Source: Lama glama
Taxonomy: Eukaryota
Direction: 5' to 3'
Assembly: GCA_028534125.1 (NCBI GenBank)
Contig: CM052832.1
Span: 8,310,001 to 8,374,000 of the forward strand
Length of the DNA: 64,000 nucleotides
Below, piece after piece: positions 39,161 through 52,027 of the stretch (its first letter is position 1; every line of letters starts with the position of its first letter). The notes under the pieces are model-generated. The model did not search any database. It saw nothing but the letters and a program-made list of their open reading frames with translations, and had not been told where the DNA came from. The translations under genes were made by a program, and so were the position numbers.

Positions 39161-41004
39161 AAAGCATATAATCAAAATATGATTCATTTTATTATTAGAA
39201 GAAATAAATTATAACTTAAGAAAATTAGGTTTCCATAATATATCAAAGGCATTTATTTTGACATATGTCAGACATATGAAATAAAGTATGAAACATACTT
39301 ATATACACATATATTACAGAGACTGTTAAAATTCGGTTCTAGAATGTTGTTTCTGTTTGCATAATTTGGAAAATGTGACTCCTCTCCAATCAAAAAATAA
39401 AATACGATGGCGCTGCTCATGGATATACACACATGAACACAGACACCTCAAAACTGACACACGGAGCCCATCACAGGTCACAGGCTTACACGTGTGTACA
39501 CAAAGATACACCAGACTGGAAACATCACACACACACACTCAGACAGAGTCACAGAGACCAGCCCCCAGAAGCGGGCCCTGCCTGATGGAGGTGTGATTAC
39601 AGAGGATGGCAAGTCTCCCCCTCCTAAGTCATCATCAGTCAGATGATAATCAGCAGCTGGGGCGGCAATAGGAGGCCCTAAATTCTAACCCCCCCCCATT
39701 CCCAATAGTCACCCAGCAACCTGAGCCCCAGCAGAGGCTGAGGTTAAATTAAAATAAAGAGAGATCAAGGTACCTGGTAATTTTGTGGTCACTCTATACT
39801 TTGACCTTTGCTCAGCCCCTAAGCCCAGCATCACACTCAATACCATCCCTGCACCCAACACACACCACCTCACTCACGGCACAGGCACCCATGAGCACAC
39901 ACTCTACCCACACTTCGCATAATCCCCATCCTCATGTCCCTGCACTCACACTCACAATCTACACACTCCTACACAAGCCCATCCGTCCTACTCGTGTGGA
40001 GATGCAGGTTAGCTCCCTAGCTTCTCGGGAGATGGGAACATCTGGGGTGTGAACCCTGGGCTCCCCACCCCTCCACACCCACATATACCCAGTGCTCGTG
40101 CCAGTCATACCCAGTCCTCACCACTGCCTGAAAATCGTGACTCACTGCTCTTACACCCAGAGCCACCCATGCAGGCCCAAGACAGCCTCTAGGCCTCCCC
40201 ATCGTCCACTGACACCTGACCTGCCAGCCACACTGCCCACAAGTGTCCAAGAAAAGGCCAAAGTCTTCAGGGACAAGGTTCCTCCTGAGTGGGGCGGGGC
40301 AAGTCACAGGATCTGAAGTGACGTCAGGGGACTCGGGACACCAGGAACCCAGGGAAGGTTGACCTCTGGGCAGAGGGCACAGCTGACTGCCCAGGTCCAC
40401 GTGGGCTTGGCACCCTGGGGCTCAGCTGACCGTGGCAGCAGTGCCCGGTGAATGGAGGGCAGTGGGACAGCCCACAGAGGAGCCTGTCCCATTGCCGCTA
40501 GACTTGGGGCAGCATCAGGGCCATTTCTCTACTCTCGCTCTAGGACTCGGCTCCCAGGTGCTTCTGGAAGTAACACCAGTGCCAAGGAGATGATCAAAAG
40601 AGTCACATCAGAGAGTCTCTGGAAGGTTGAGGCCAGCACCCTTTCAGAACGTCTTCTCTTCTCCCCAGTCCCCTGGTTCCAAGAGAGAACAAGGCAGCTG
40701 GCAAGTTGTAAGAAAGTCACTATGACTTGGGGCAGGGGGACATAGAGGAAAAAAAAAACACAGAGAGGCAACCCTTTTCCAGCCCCCACTTTCCTGACCT
40801 GCCAGCCAGCCTAGCCCCAAGCTCCCCTCCACGAAGGTCTGAGAACCAGCAGTTTTCCTCCCCAGAGGCCCGTGTCAGAGTGAAAGAAGACCAGGACCCA
40901 ACTGTGCAACAAGACAGTGGAGAACAGGACTAAAAGTGTCGGGAAGATGCAGCAGGAGAAACTAAGGGCGGAGTAAGGAAGGACTACCCTGTTGACAAAA
41001 GATA

Positions 41005-41700
41005 ATTTAATTCATTTAACAAACCCCACGGACACCAGCTCTGCACTGGGCACTGTGCGAGGTGCTGGGGCCACAGAGATGCAGGGAATGTGATCTCTGC
41101 CCTCAAAGCTGAGATGACAATGAAGTAGTAATAACAGCAAGCACCTGTATAATGTTTATGACATGCTAATCCCTTTTCTCTGGGTTTTACATGTCATTTG
41201 AGTCTCATAACCAATCTTCTAAACTAGATACTATTTTTACTCCCATTGAAAAGATAGCAAAGAAATTGAGGCATGGGAGGGTTCTGTAACTTGCCTAAGG
41301 CTGCACAGCCAATAAGAGAGGATTCACACTGGGCACCCTCGCTCCAGAAAGCATGCTCCTTGCTGTCTTGCTCTCCCCTTCCTGTTGGCAGTCACAGGCT
41401 GCCTCATGCCCATTCCTCCATTGCACTGGGGGCCCTTCATCTCTCCCACCCCTCCCCACCCCAGCCTGAATCATCTGTCATCACACTTAGATGATCTTCA
41501 CCCACTCACCAAACACACACTGAGCACCTGCTACATGCCAGGCCCTGAGCTGGTACTGGGAATGCAGCCCTCAATCAGGCTGGAGCCTGGCCCCAGGGAG
41601 CTCTCTGTCTGCGGGTGAGGTCAGCCAGGTAAACGGGCCATCAACTCAGGGAGGCAGTGTAGACAGGGGTCACTATGGAACCCCAGGTGAAGGAACCCAC
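41005..41700 (-). mobile_element. L2 and MIR fragments
   Basis: TTCATTTAACAAAC...GGGCACTGTGCGAGGTGCTGGGG; TAACTTGCCTAAGGCTGCACAGC; TGAGCACCTGCTACATGCCAGGC. Confidence 0.75.
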
Positions 41701-41729
41701 ACTGACAGCACCAAAAACTACCAGCAGTC

Positions 41730-42765
41730 ATGAAAATTAAAAGTCCTTTGTACATCAAAAGATACTATAAACAGAGTGAGATGGTAACAGAACGGGAGAA
41801 AAAATTTGCAAGTCATATATCTGAGAAGGGATTAATATCCAGAATATATAGATATACACACGCACATACACAGAACTCCTAAAACTCAATGACGAAAAAA
41901 CAAAAAACCCAATCCAAAAATGGGCAAAGGATTTGAATAGATATTTCTCCAAAGAAGATATACAAATGGCCAATAAGTGCATGAAAAGGTGCTCAACGTC
42001 ACAAATTATTGGGGAAATGCAATCAAAACTACAAAAAGACACCACTTCACACCCATTAGGATGGCTGCTATCCAAAAAACCCCAAAATTACAAGTGTTGG
42101 TGAGGACGTGGAGAAACTGGAAATGTTGTACACCATTGGTGGGAATGAAAAATGGTGCAGCCGCTGTGGAAAACAGTTTGGCAGTTCCTCAAAAAATTAA
42201 AAATAGAATTACCATATGATCCAGCAATCCCACTTTTGGGTATATACCCACAAGAATCGAAAGCAGAGTCTTGAAGAGATATCTGTACACCCATGTTCGT
42301 AAGAATACTATTCATAACAACTAAAATGTAGAAGCAACCCAAGCGTGCATGGATGGATGAATGAATGGATAAACAAAATGTGGTCCGTACATCCAATGGA
42401 ACATTATTCAATCTTAAAAAGAAAGGGAATTCTAACAAATGCTACCACAGGGATACACTTTGAGGGTATTTTACTAAGTGAAATAAGCCAGTCATAAAAA
42501 GACAAATACTGTATGATTCCAGTTACGTGAGGTACTTAGAGCAGGAAAAATCATAGAGACAGAAAGTAGAATGGTGGGTGCCAGGGGCTGAGGGGAGGGG
42601 TAGTGGAGAGTTGTTGTTCAGTGGGTCCTGAGTTTCAGTTCTAGAGACTGATGGTGATGATGGCTGCACAGCAATATGAATGTACTTAATACCACAGAAC
42701 TGTACTCTCTAAAATGGTTAAGATAGTAAATTTTATATGTATCATTCACCACAATAAAAATAATT
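41730..42765 (+). mobile_element. L1MB-type LINE-1: ORF2 C-terminal remnant and 3' UTR
   Basis: ORF 41977-42219 contains TTKRHHFTPIRMAAIQK (L1 ORF2 C-terminal motif); ACCATATGATCCAGCAATCCCACTT; A-rich end. Confidence 0.92.
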
Positions 42766-43549
42766 AAGGAAAAGAATTAGAGGCAAAGTGTAATTCCAAA
42801 GCCAGCTAGGCTGAGATGAGGAAGTTTCCCTGAGGCAGGGACAGAACAGGGGCCACAGAGGAAGCAGCAAGCGGGAAAGCTGAGTGTGGGTGAGGGCAGA
42901 GCGGGCCTCTGCCACCAGGCCTTGCTATGTCCTCTCATTTCCTTTCTTAAGGCCTCAGTTTCCTCATCTGTCTAATGGAATTTTGAAAAACCTGTTCTGT
43001 CAAACCCATAGGAAATCACGTGTGCAAAGGGCTTGGGGAAGGATAAACCAGGAGCCTGTCGTCTTAGAGACAGATGACAACTGTTAAAAGCCACCCTCGG
43101 GAATCTAGTGGAAGCCGTTAGAGTTACGCATGTGGAGACAGCACTCATGAAGCACTCTGTGCATCAGAAGTAGGAAAGGAGCGAGAACTTGAGACAGGCT
43201 TCCCAGAGGTAGGGGAAGCGCTTTCCACCGAGGGCTTTCCCAAGCCTGGAGTGTTTTTTCCTGTGAGAGTCATCTTGTCCATCCCTCAGCCTCCTCCAGG
43301 CCCATCCTACTCAACAAGCCCCTCAGAGCCCCTGCCCCTGCAAGCCCCCTGAGCTGCAGAGAGGCCACAGTCACCTGCAGCCACAGAGCCCAAGGCAGTG
43401 ACGGGCGGATCCAGCCTGGCTGAGTGCTGGGTGATGAGGTTCCACCCGGGGAGGAAGAGAAGGCAAGACATAGGCTGGATGGGTAAGTCTCGAAAGCTTT
43501 CTGGAGACCTGGCGGGGAAACAGCAGGGCTGAAGCCCGTCACCCACAGT

Positions 43550-43775
43550 AGCAAAAAGCTTGGAATTCTGACACAGCCCAGACTGGGGTCGAGTCCTGCT
43601 CTGCACCTTGCTCTCTGTGTGACCTTGAGCTGTTATATAAGCTTTCCAGGCTTCTTTTTGCACTCTGGCAAAAATGGGGGTGACATTTGTATCCTTCTTA
43701 TAGAGTTGTTATAAGGAATACAGGTGAATCCATATCCTAGCCCCAAAGCCCCACAGAGTGATCATTATTATTGTT
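43550..43775 (+). mobile_element. MIR, near full length
   Basis: CTGTGTGACCTTGAGC...TAGAGTTGTTATAAGGA...ATTATTATT tail. Confidence 0.75.
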
Positions 43776-45049
43776 GCTCTGCTTCCCAAGGTTGGGGGCT
43801 GGGGCAGAGTCAGAGAACAGAAGGACTGGAGGTGTTGCGGGGTCAGGATGGGGCAATACTAGAGCTTGAGTGCATCTGGGGGCGGGGGTGGGAGGGGCCC
43901 AGGGCCTGACTAGCCAAGACCTGACCTCCTGAGGTCCCAGACATGCTCCTCCCTCTGGTTTAGCAGGAGACCACCCGCCCCCCCACCTATGGGAATCTCA
44001 AGCCTGGAATGTTTTCCTGTCTCCCCCAAAATTGCTCTCTTGTCAGTGCTGGCGGGGCAGCACCCTGGACTTTACCCTCCCTTTGGGGCTCACAAGTTCC
44101 CTGGGCTGTTTGCCCTTAAAGACCCAGGTCCCTTCTCATGGCCCACGGCCAGCCAGGAGAGGAGGCAGCCCCAAGAGGATGTATTTAAAGGAGCCACCAT
44201 CCTCCTCTTCCCAGCCCTGCCCTGGGCCACCCCTTGGTCACCATCTCCCACCCATCCCCACACACACACTGATGTCTGGGTCTGTTGGTGACCCAACAGG
44301 TAATCATTATTCCCAGGGAGAGGTGCTGGCCCTTTAAGGCTGCCTTGGGAAGAGATGACAAAATCACCCCACTGGACTTTGTGCCCGAGGCAGCTGTGAA
44401 AAACAAGGCCTGGGAGCTATGAGCAGCCTGCCCAGGCAGGCCCACAGCTGGGCTGTCCAGTCCGGAGAGCGGCTTCTCCGTGGCCCTTTCCCTTTCCCTG
44501 GAGCTGGGCTGTGCACGCAGGTCTCCAAGAGTCACATTCTCTAGGATGGGCATCCATCTGCCCAAATTGTAAAGCTTGTTCATACTCCACCTTCTTCCAA
44601 CAAGTGTCTCAGCCAACCTTTCAATGCCCATCTGTCCCTGTGCTAGAAGGGGAGCCTTGGTAAGGGCCGTCCATCTGTGCCCAGCACCCGGCCCAGAGCC
44701 CAGGTGCTGGCCCATCAAAGGCACTGACCTAGGGAAGACAAGGGCAGGTGGAGGCCTGTGGGAGAGAGCACGTATTAGGGGAGACAGGACACTTGGCTTC
44801 TGGACCCAGCTCTACCCTGCATCACTGAGAGGCCTTGGGAGTGTATCTGCCCATCTCTGAGCCCAGTGTGTCTGCCTGCAGGTGATGGGCCAGTGTCTGT
44901 GGCTCTGCAGCCCTTGGGTGGCCATGATGGAGCAGGGGGTGCTGATGCAGGAGATCCTTCTCCTTCCACCCTTCTCCTTCTCCCTCCAGTGAACCAGGAC
45001 TACAGGAGGGTCACAGGCATATCTTGGGCTAACAAAGACAGGCAAAAGT

Positions 45050-46030
45050 GCTCTTAAACAGCTTTCAAGGGCCTCAGGTGTCAGCTTCTCAGGGAAGCTT
45101 TCTCTGACAGCCCCTACATTTTGCCCCAGGGCTGAGCCCTTCTCTGTTAAGTATGTCACCTCCCTGAATGCTTTGTACCTCCTTGAGGCCAGGAACTGCC
45201 TCGCCTCTGACTCTGAGAGCCAGAGCAAGCCTAGCGCCTGGTACACTGAACGCCCTAGACACATGTTTTTTGAGTGAATAAATGAATGAACGGCAATGAT
45301 TTTAAAATATCAGCACTACACCCAGAGGGAGCCCCAGATCTGAGTGATGATGGACGGGCCCAAGCTCCTTCATCAAAAAGCTGGGTGAGCTTGAGAAATA
45401 ACCTGACCTTCCTGGCCCCACTTTGGCCCAGATCCCACAGGCCAGTTAGTTGGTGAGCATCCATTAGGGGCCTCATGGGAGAATTAGAAGACATGGTCTC
45501 TGCCTTTGTAGAACTCACCTGTGGTTGAATGCACCCCTCCAAAGTAATCTGAGAGCAACAGTAAGGAGAAGTCAGGATGGTACAGACAGACCAAAGGTAG
45601 GAATGGGGGGATGAGAGAACAGGGTGGAAGTAATCCCAGGAGGCTTCCCAGAGGAAGTGAGTTTTCAACTGTAGATCTAAGACATTAGTCTCATCCATCC
45701 ATCCACTGAAATAGACATTGTTAAAAGCCAGGCCCTGAGGACAATGGTAAATGAGCACAGTCCTTACCTCAAGGAGCTTACAGCCTCACAAAGAAGCCGG
45801 CATCTAAACTCAGGTGACCACATGGTCTGAGATGTGACCTGAGATATATAGACCATGTACCATAAACTGGAGGAATGAGGAGCATCTCGGGAAGGTCAAA
45901 TGTGAAGAAATCCCCACCAAAATCTGCCCAGCAGATCTGAGCTTCTAAGGGAGGAGGAGACACAGGTAATGAGAAGGGGCAGGAAGGATCTTCTAAGGTA
46001 AAAGGTACCTGGCAGGTAAACAAGGTTAAT
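45050..46030. mobile_element. L2 fragments (plus to ~45290; minus ~45490-46030)
   Basis: TTGAGTGAATAAATGAATGAA tail; CCAGGAGGCTTCCCAGAGGAAGTGA; CCTCAAGGAGCTTACAG. Confidence 0.7.
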
Positions 46031-46549
46031 GAGGACCTTTTGTTTCTCCAGTTTCTTGGTGACCTCACCTTTGACCAACAATTTCCTGGCACTGGCTCAG
46101 GCTGCCGAGGGGGACAGAGAGGGAGGCAGAGGAGGGTAAACAGCAGGTGAGGCCAAAGGTGGCTCTGGAAGGCAAGGGGCACATTCCGAAAAGTCTCCCC
46201 AGCCTGAGCCTGCAGCAGAGCCCAAAGTCCGATAGCAAACCCAAACCTGCATTCCAGCCATCCGAAGAGGCCATAAATACCTGAGAACCCACCAGAAAGG
46301 ATGCTTTTGGCGGCCTGGGCATCCTCCCCACCCCCACTCCACAGCTCAGTTTCTCTAAGTGCCCCTTCTCCAGGAGGCCTTCTGGAGTCACTGGAAGGAG
46401 TTGAGGATTCCCAGCCGGGCATGACCTCTTCCTCCCACTGCCTCCCCCTCTTCTCCCCTCTCTTCACTCCCCTTGGCCCAGACCAGACCTACTGTGTGCA
46501 GCCCTCCTGGGCAGTGCAGGGGAAGCCCTGAAGCATTGCAGCTGGCAGC

Positions 46550-46810
46550 TGGGCCTGATGCCCACTCTACCCCTACAGGCCCTATGACCTTGGGCAAGTC
46601 ACCAAATCTCACCAGACCTTGGTTTCATCATCCGGAAAGTGGGCATGCTGACAGGGAACACCTTCACAGGGCTTTTGAAAAAAGTAAATGAGATAAAGAA
46701 TGTGAATTAAAAGTAGACATTAGTGTTCTAAAAGCTGGATGTTTCTAGAGTTCACCCGAACTTCTGGTGCTGCTGACGAGGAAACTGAGGTCCAGAAAAG
46801 TGGAAGGACT
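46550..46810. mobile_element. MIR (+) and MIR3-like (-) fragments
   Basis: TGACCTTGGGCAAGTCAC...AAATGAGATAA; GAGGAAACTGAGGTCCAGA. Confidence 0.75.
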
Positions 46811-47637
46811 GGGTACTCTCACCTCCTCCTCTCTCTCCTATGACTCATCAGTTCAGCCTGGCCTTCCAAAGATGGGCCCCTAACCTTTAGGGGCACAATT
46901 TCCTTGGAGAAAGCAATGAAAGCAAGGACTTTCTCTCTCGAAAATGCATTCATTGGCACGCCCCCAAGTCTATGCTGGCAATTTCAGGGGGTTCATTGCC
47001 AAGGTCAGAGACCCTTGCTCTATGACAGAGCAGAAAGAGAGGCTGTCACCGTCCTCAAATCATGTTTCCATGGTCACAGCTCGAGGGAAGCAGGAAATGA
47101 AGAAGGGCAAATCCTGCACTTTGGGGAGAAAACCTCACCCAAGGGTCCCCCAGAGCCGATCCTCAAGGCCCTGAGAAGAAAGGCCTACCTGAGCCCCCCT
47201 CCAAACCACTCACCATCATTTACACCTACACATTCATTCCCTCTTAATCCACTGAAACCTCCCGAACTGGTTAATTCCATTCTGGTCCTTGAAAGTCAAA
47301 TGGAATCTTAGAGACCACCTGCACAAACCTCTTTAGCTTTCCAGATGAGGACTATAGGCAACAAAATGTATACTGACTTGCTTGAAGTCACCCAGATAAT
47401 CAGCACAGGGACCAGGCTGCATTAACTAACTCAGTCCCACAATCAGGTGCCGAGGACCTGCTGTAGGTTATGTGCCCTGCTGGCAGGGGTGGGGCCTCCA
47501 AGAATTGATGAGTTGTAACTTGATTGGCCAAGCAGGCCTAAAATCCTTGGAATGAGAGTGCAAACAGGTTACCAAGCTCCTGATTGTGTAAGAGAGCTTG
47601 CAAAATCTCTGGAAGTTCAGTGAAGGCAGAGTTGGAG

Positions 47638-48320
47638 CATTCACCCATTCAACAAATATGTCTTGAACCCCAAGGACTAGACATGGGCATACAGTGGTAA
47701 ACCACTTGGAAAAGGTTCCTGCTTTCCTGGAATTCTAGAGAGGGAGAAAGACAATAAACAAGTAAACAAATCAAATGAATTCAACTAGGGGTAAATAATA
47801 TTTGAACAGCTCAGTGATGTAATTTATATTGGGGGGGGGGGTGTCCAGGGAAGGCCTCTTGGAGGAGGTGACTTTGAACTGAGTCCCAAAAGGTGAGGAG
47901 GAGGCATCCACACAAAGAAGTGGAGCCAGATGTTCCAGAAGGAAGGAACAGCAAGAGCAAAGTCCCTAAGGCAGACATGCATATGATATGTTCAGGAACA
48001 GAGAGATCGGTGTGTGCAGGGGCCCCTCGGGGAGGTGGAAGGGGGTGGCCAGGAGGCAGAGGAGGCGGGGAAGCTTTATGGTACACAGGGAGGGTTTAAG
48101 CAGAGACAGCAGGATGCCCTGTGTGTGTGGTGTCAGAGCTCTTCCTGGCTGCTGGGAGGGGCAAGAACTGGAGGGGCTGGAGGGGGACCAAGGAAACCTT
48201 GGAGCCCAGGCCAGATGGTGGGAAAAGGGGAGCAAAGGATGGAAATATTTTTGAAGTAGAACAGGCCCCGGGATTGCTGATGAATTTGGACAAGGGGGAT
48301 AAAGTAAAAGTGCAGATCAA
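47638..48320 (-). mobile_element. L2 fragment
   Basis: CATTCAACAAATAT...CAGGGAAGGCCTCTTGGAGGAGGTGAC. Confidence 0.8.
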
Positions 48321-49394
48321 ATGGGACGCCAGGCATCAGGCCCGATCACAGTGGGGACGGAGGCACCATTACCGGTACAGGAGGGTAAGAGGTTACGAGT
48401 TGTAGATCAGGGAAAAAGCTCAACGTCCTTTGCTCACAAAACCTGTTCCATTTAAATGTGCTACATAATAGTACGCTCATGTGACAACAAAAGATAGAGC
48501 CTTTTAAAGAATTCAAAGGAGGTTGTGACGGATGGGGAGAGCTGAGGCCAGGCTCTGAAAATGCCCAAAATGTCCAGAAATATATCAATCACTAGTAGAA
48601 TTTCAAAAGTGCTTTCCTTCTGGGTTTTCCACACAGCGAGGCAGCCGGCCAGGCCTCTCCCATGGGGCCAAAAGAGAGCGGTCAGGGACAGCGGGGCCAC
48701 CAGGGAGGCCTCCTGCCCGGTGCTAGTGGCTCTTTAACTCTTCCTCACTCTCCCATCGCATCTTCACATCATAGGAACACTGATCGTTGGATTTTGACTT
48801 TTTTTAAAATGAGTTTCTTTTTATTGGAGAAAAGTATCCACTGGAATCATATACAAAACCACGCTCTTGGCGCCATGTTCTGAGGGAAACAGGGCACAGA
48901 CCCTGCAGCCAGAGCTCCCACTGGGAGCCTCCTGGATTACAGGGCGACACTGATCACCAGGCCTGTGCCTGTCACCGCACACCCCCGAGAGAGACCCGGT
49001 AAATTTCTTCCTCCAGGGATTCTAATTGGGAAACCCAGCCTTTTACTCTTCCAACTCTGTATCCCACAAGGCCCCACTGAATCCCAAACCCATGCCTTGG
49101 GGCCTTGACCAACCGCAGTCTCAGTCCCTGGCTCAGCCCAGCCTCTCTCCCAGGCCTACACTGACTTCTGCCACATCCTTCCTCTTTCGCCCCCATCCAA
49201 GTCCATCCACGTGGTCCTTCTTTTCTTCTGACTGGAAATGTCAGACGTTTTTCCTCCTGTGATGGTCTAGCGCCAGGCCACCTCCTCCAGAAAGCCCCTA
49301 GTGGTTAAGCATGATGCCACCGCCACCCACCTGGCAGTATGGCTTCCGTCCCTCCTTTCCTCTCTCCTCCATACGCTGATGTGTGATGATCCTG

Positions 49395-49396
<2 letters not shown>

Positions 49397-49436
<40 letters not shown>

Positions 49437-49439
49437 TGT
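49397..49439. repeat. (GT)n microsatellite
   Basis: Directly visible. Confidence 0.95.
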
Positions 49440-49609
49440 AGAACAAATCTAGAAGACCACATCTCCTACTCAGGCTGGGGGATCTTAAGGGAGCTCAAAG
49501 CGACCAGTGAACACCCTCCCATTGTCTTCCTCAAGAATCCCCCTTTTATGGGCTTGTGCCTGGTCACTGTCCTATCTTCTCACTCTCCCTAGTCTCCGCC
49601 TCAGTTCCC

Positions 49610-50470
49610 TTATATTTAGCCGACAAATATTTATCAAGTGCCTACTTGGTGCCAGACAGGGGCTGGGACCGGACCAATGAGCAACACAGACAAATCCCTG
49701 GCTCTCATGAAACAGTTACTCTAGGTGGGGAGTCAGATTATAAACAGGGAGGTGGATGGGGGATTGGGGAGTAGGTTAGTGGTGGGGACAGGAGAGAGAC
49801 AGATTCTCTCCAACAGAGACAGTAGTGTTCACTCACTTAACAAGCTGAACACCTTATGGTGTGCTGGGTGCTGTTCATGGGACTTAAGATGTATTAGCTA
49901 TCAAAACAGACTAAGATACCTGTCCTTGTGGAACTTAAAACAGACTAAGATCAAAACAGACTAAGATACCTGTCCTTGTGGAACTCTTAGTGTGGGGAGA
50001 GAGGCAATACCTAATGCACATAGTGAATAAATGTAGTTCATACTGTGAGAATGTTAGAAAGTGGTCAGTGCTTAGAAAAAAGATAGAGTGGGGTGAGAGA
50101 TGAGAGTGTGGGAAGCATGTTGCTATTTTAAATGGTATGCTCAGGATAGGCCTCCTTGAGAAGATGATGTCTGAGCAAAAACTTGAAGAAAGTGAGGGAG
50201 TGAATCCTGCAGATATCTGGAGAAAGAACATTCCAAGTCGTGCAAAGGCCCAGGGGCAGGAGCTGACCTGATATGTTTGAAGACAGCAGGGAGGCCAGTA
50301 GAATAAAGCAGTGAGGAGGAGAGGAGTTGAAGGTAGAGTCAGGGAGGCCACCAGATTGGAAGGGGTCATGGAGGATCTTGAAGGCCGTTATGAGGACTTT
50401 GGTTTTCACTCTGAAGAAAATGAAGAGCCACTGCAGGGATCTGAGCTGAAAAGTGACACAATCTGACCCA
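49610..50470 (-). mobile_element. L2 fragments
   Basis: CAAATATTTATCAAGTGCCTAC; TGCAAAGGCCCAGGGGCAGGAGC...GACTTTGGTTTTCACTCTGA. Confidence 0.8.
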
Positions 50471-50526
50471 CCCTTTCCACATTAAATTGTGTGATTGATA
50501 GAAAATGATGGGGGGGGGTACTACAT

Positions 50527-50530
<4 letters not shown>

Positions 50531-50600
<70 letters not shown>
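50531..50600. repeat. (TC)n/(TTTC)n microsatellite
   Basis: Directly visible. Confidence 0.95.
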
Positions 50601-51976
50601 AGCTGATGAGGTCAGGGAGGTTGGTCTGAGGAGGAACATCTAAACTGGGGGCTGAGGAGCAGAGCATGGACACACCTACCCTTCCTGCCCCTTCTCTTCC
50701 TCAGTCTGTGAAGCAGGAAAAGCCCTTCTGCTATCTAACTGCCCCCTCTCCTTTTTGCCCCCTCACCTTGTTTACTCCCTCTCTCCCCATCTCCCTCTTT
50801 CCCCTCACCTCTTTCTGTCTTTAGCCTCACCCCATGGAGATAAGGGCCTCTCCCTTCCCAGGGTTCTTAGAAAACAGTTGTAAAAAGCAGAAGGAAACCC
50901 TGCAGCAGGCCCTTGGCAGGAGGGAGGGTGGCAGATTACAGTGTCTGGGGCTAGCCACTCACCCTGTAATCATCAGGGTGTCTCGGGTGGACAGGGACTC
51001 TGGGGCATGCCACTGCCAGGCCAGGACTTCCCAGCCTCAGCCAGGCCCTCCCCAGGCCCCCACCTCAAGCACAGGGGAAGAGAGGGGGCATTTTTCAGGC
51101 CTTAGCCTCAGCCCAGCCTTCAAGCTCTGACAGGGGAGGAACTAAGAGGAACCACCATGCTTTCAAACACATGGCACAGAGAGTGGGACAGAGTCCCAGA
51201 GAAGAAACTGTACAGCTCCAGGTCACATGGTAAGATTCAAACCCAGGATACTATCCACACTCCAGACTGTCTCATCCTACGGCCCAAGCCTTGGGCTCAA
51301 GAAGCATGTCAAAGCTTTGGTGTTCCCTGCCTCAGACAAAGAAGACAGGGCTGTCTTGGTCAGACATTGTGCTCTAAGTGCAGGGCAGAGGGACGCACTG
51401 CTGGACGCCGGCTCCAAATGGTGGGGAAAACTCTTTCCCACTGAGAGTGATCCTAACCCAACAGAAGAACGGGGATAGCTCAGCCCAGCTCTGCGTCCAC
51501 CCCACTGGAGAAACGATCAGCCAACCAGTGGATCAAAGGCTCTGGAGGGAAAGAAAGCCAGCAGGCCCTCTCGTCAACCCCACAGCAGAATCCCAGGCTC
51601 CCAGGCCTGAATGAGAGCCCTCCTGTCCTCTAGGAAAGGAGGCTCGCAATTTTAGCTTCCTGGGTCATCTGTCTGTCCAGGAACAGGCTCAGCTCTTCTG
51701 GGTTGTCACGTGCCACGCGTGGCTGTGGCCTCCAGCACCTGAGTCATCCGTGACTCATCGCCCTCTGCCCTTGGTCTCAAAAGGGCTGGACCAGGTGGAC
51801 TTGGCATGAGGATGGTAAGACCTGTCTGGTATCCCTGGTCCAGGCCTGTCCCTCCCACTCCACCCTGCACAGAGACACAGGAAGAGCCAGACCTTGCACA
51901 GAGGACACGACACCACGTGAACACACCTCTGCTCACCGAGGACCCAGAATGGCTTGTACCAGATCCCTCCCCACTT

Positions 51977-52027
51977 CACACACACACATACACACACACA
52001 AACACACACACACACACACACACACAC
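51977..52027. repeat. (CA)n microsatellite, interrupted
   Basis: Directly visible. Confidence 0.95.

Noticed and set aside
41977..42219. L1 ORF2-like peptide as a gene
   Set aside because: Frameshifted remnant of a truncated old L1.
45778..46467. 229-aa minus-strand ORF and other 100-180 aa ORFs
   Set aside because: No recognisable domain; many use non-ATG starts or overlap L2/MIR; expected by chance in GC-rich DNA.
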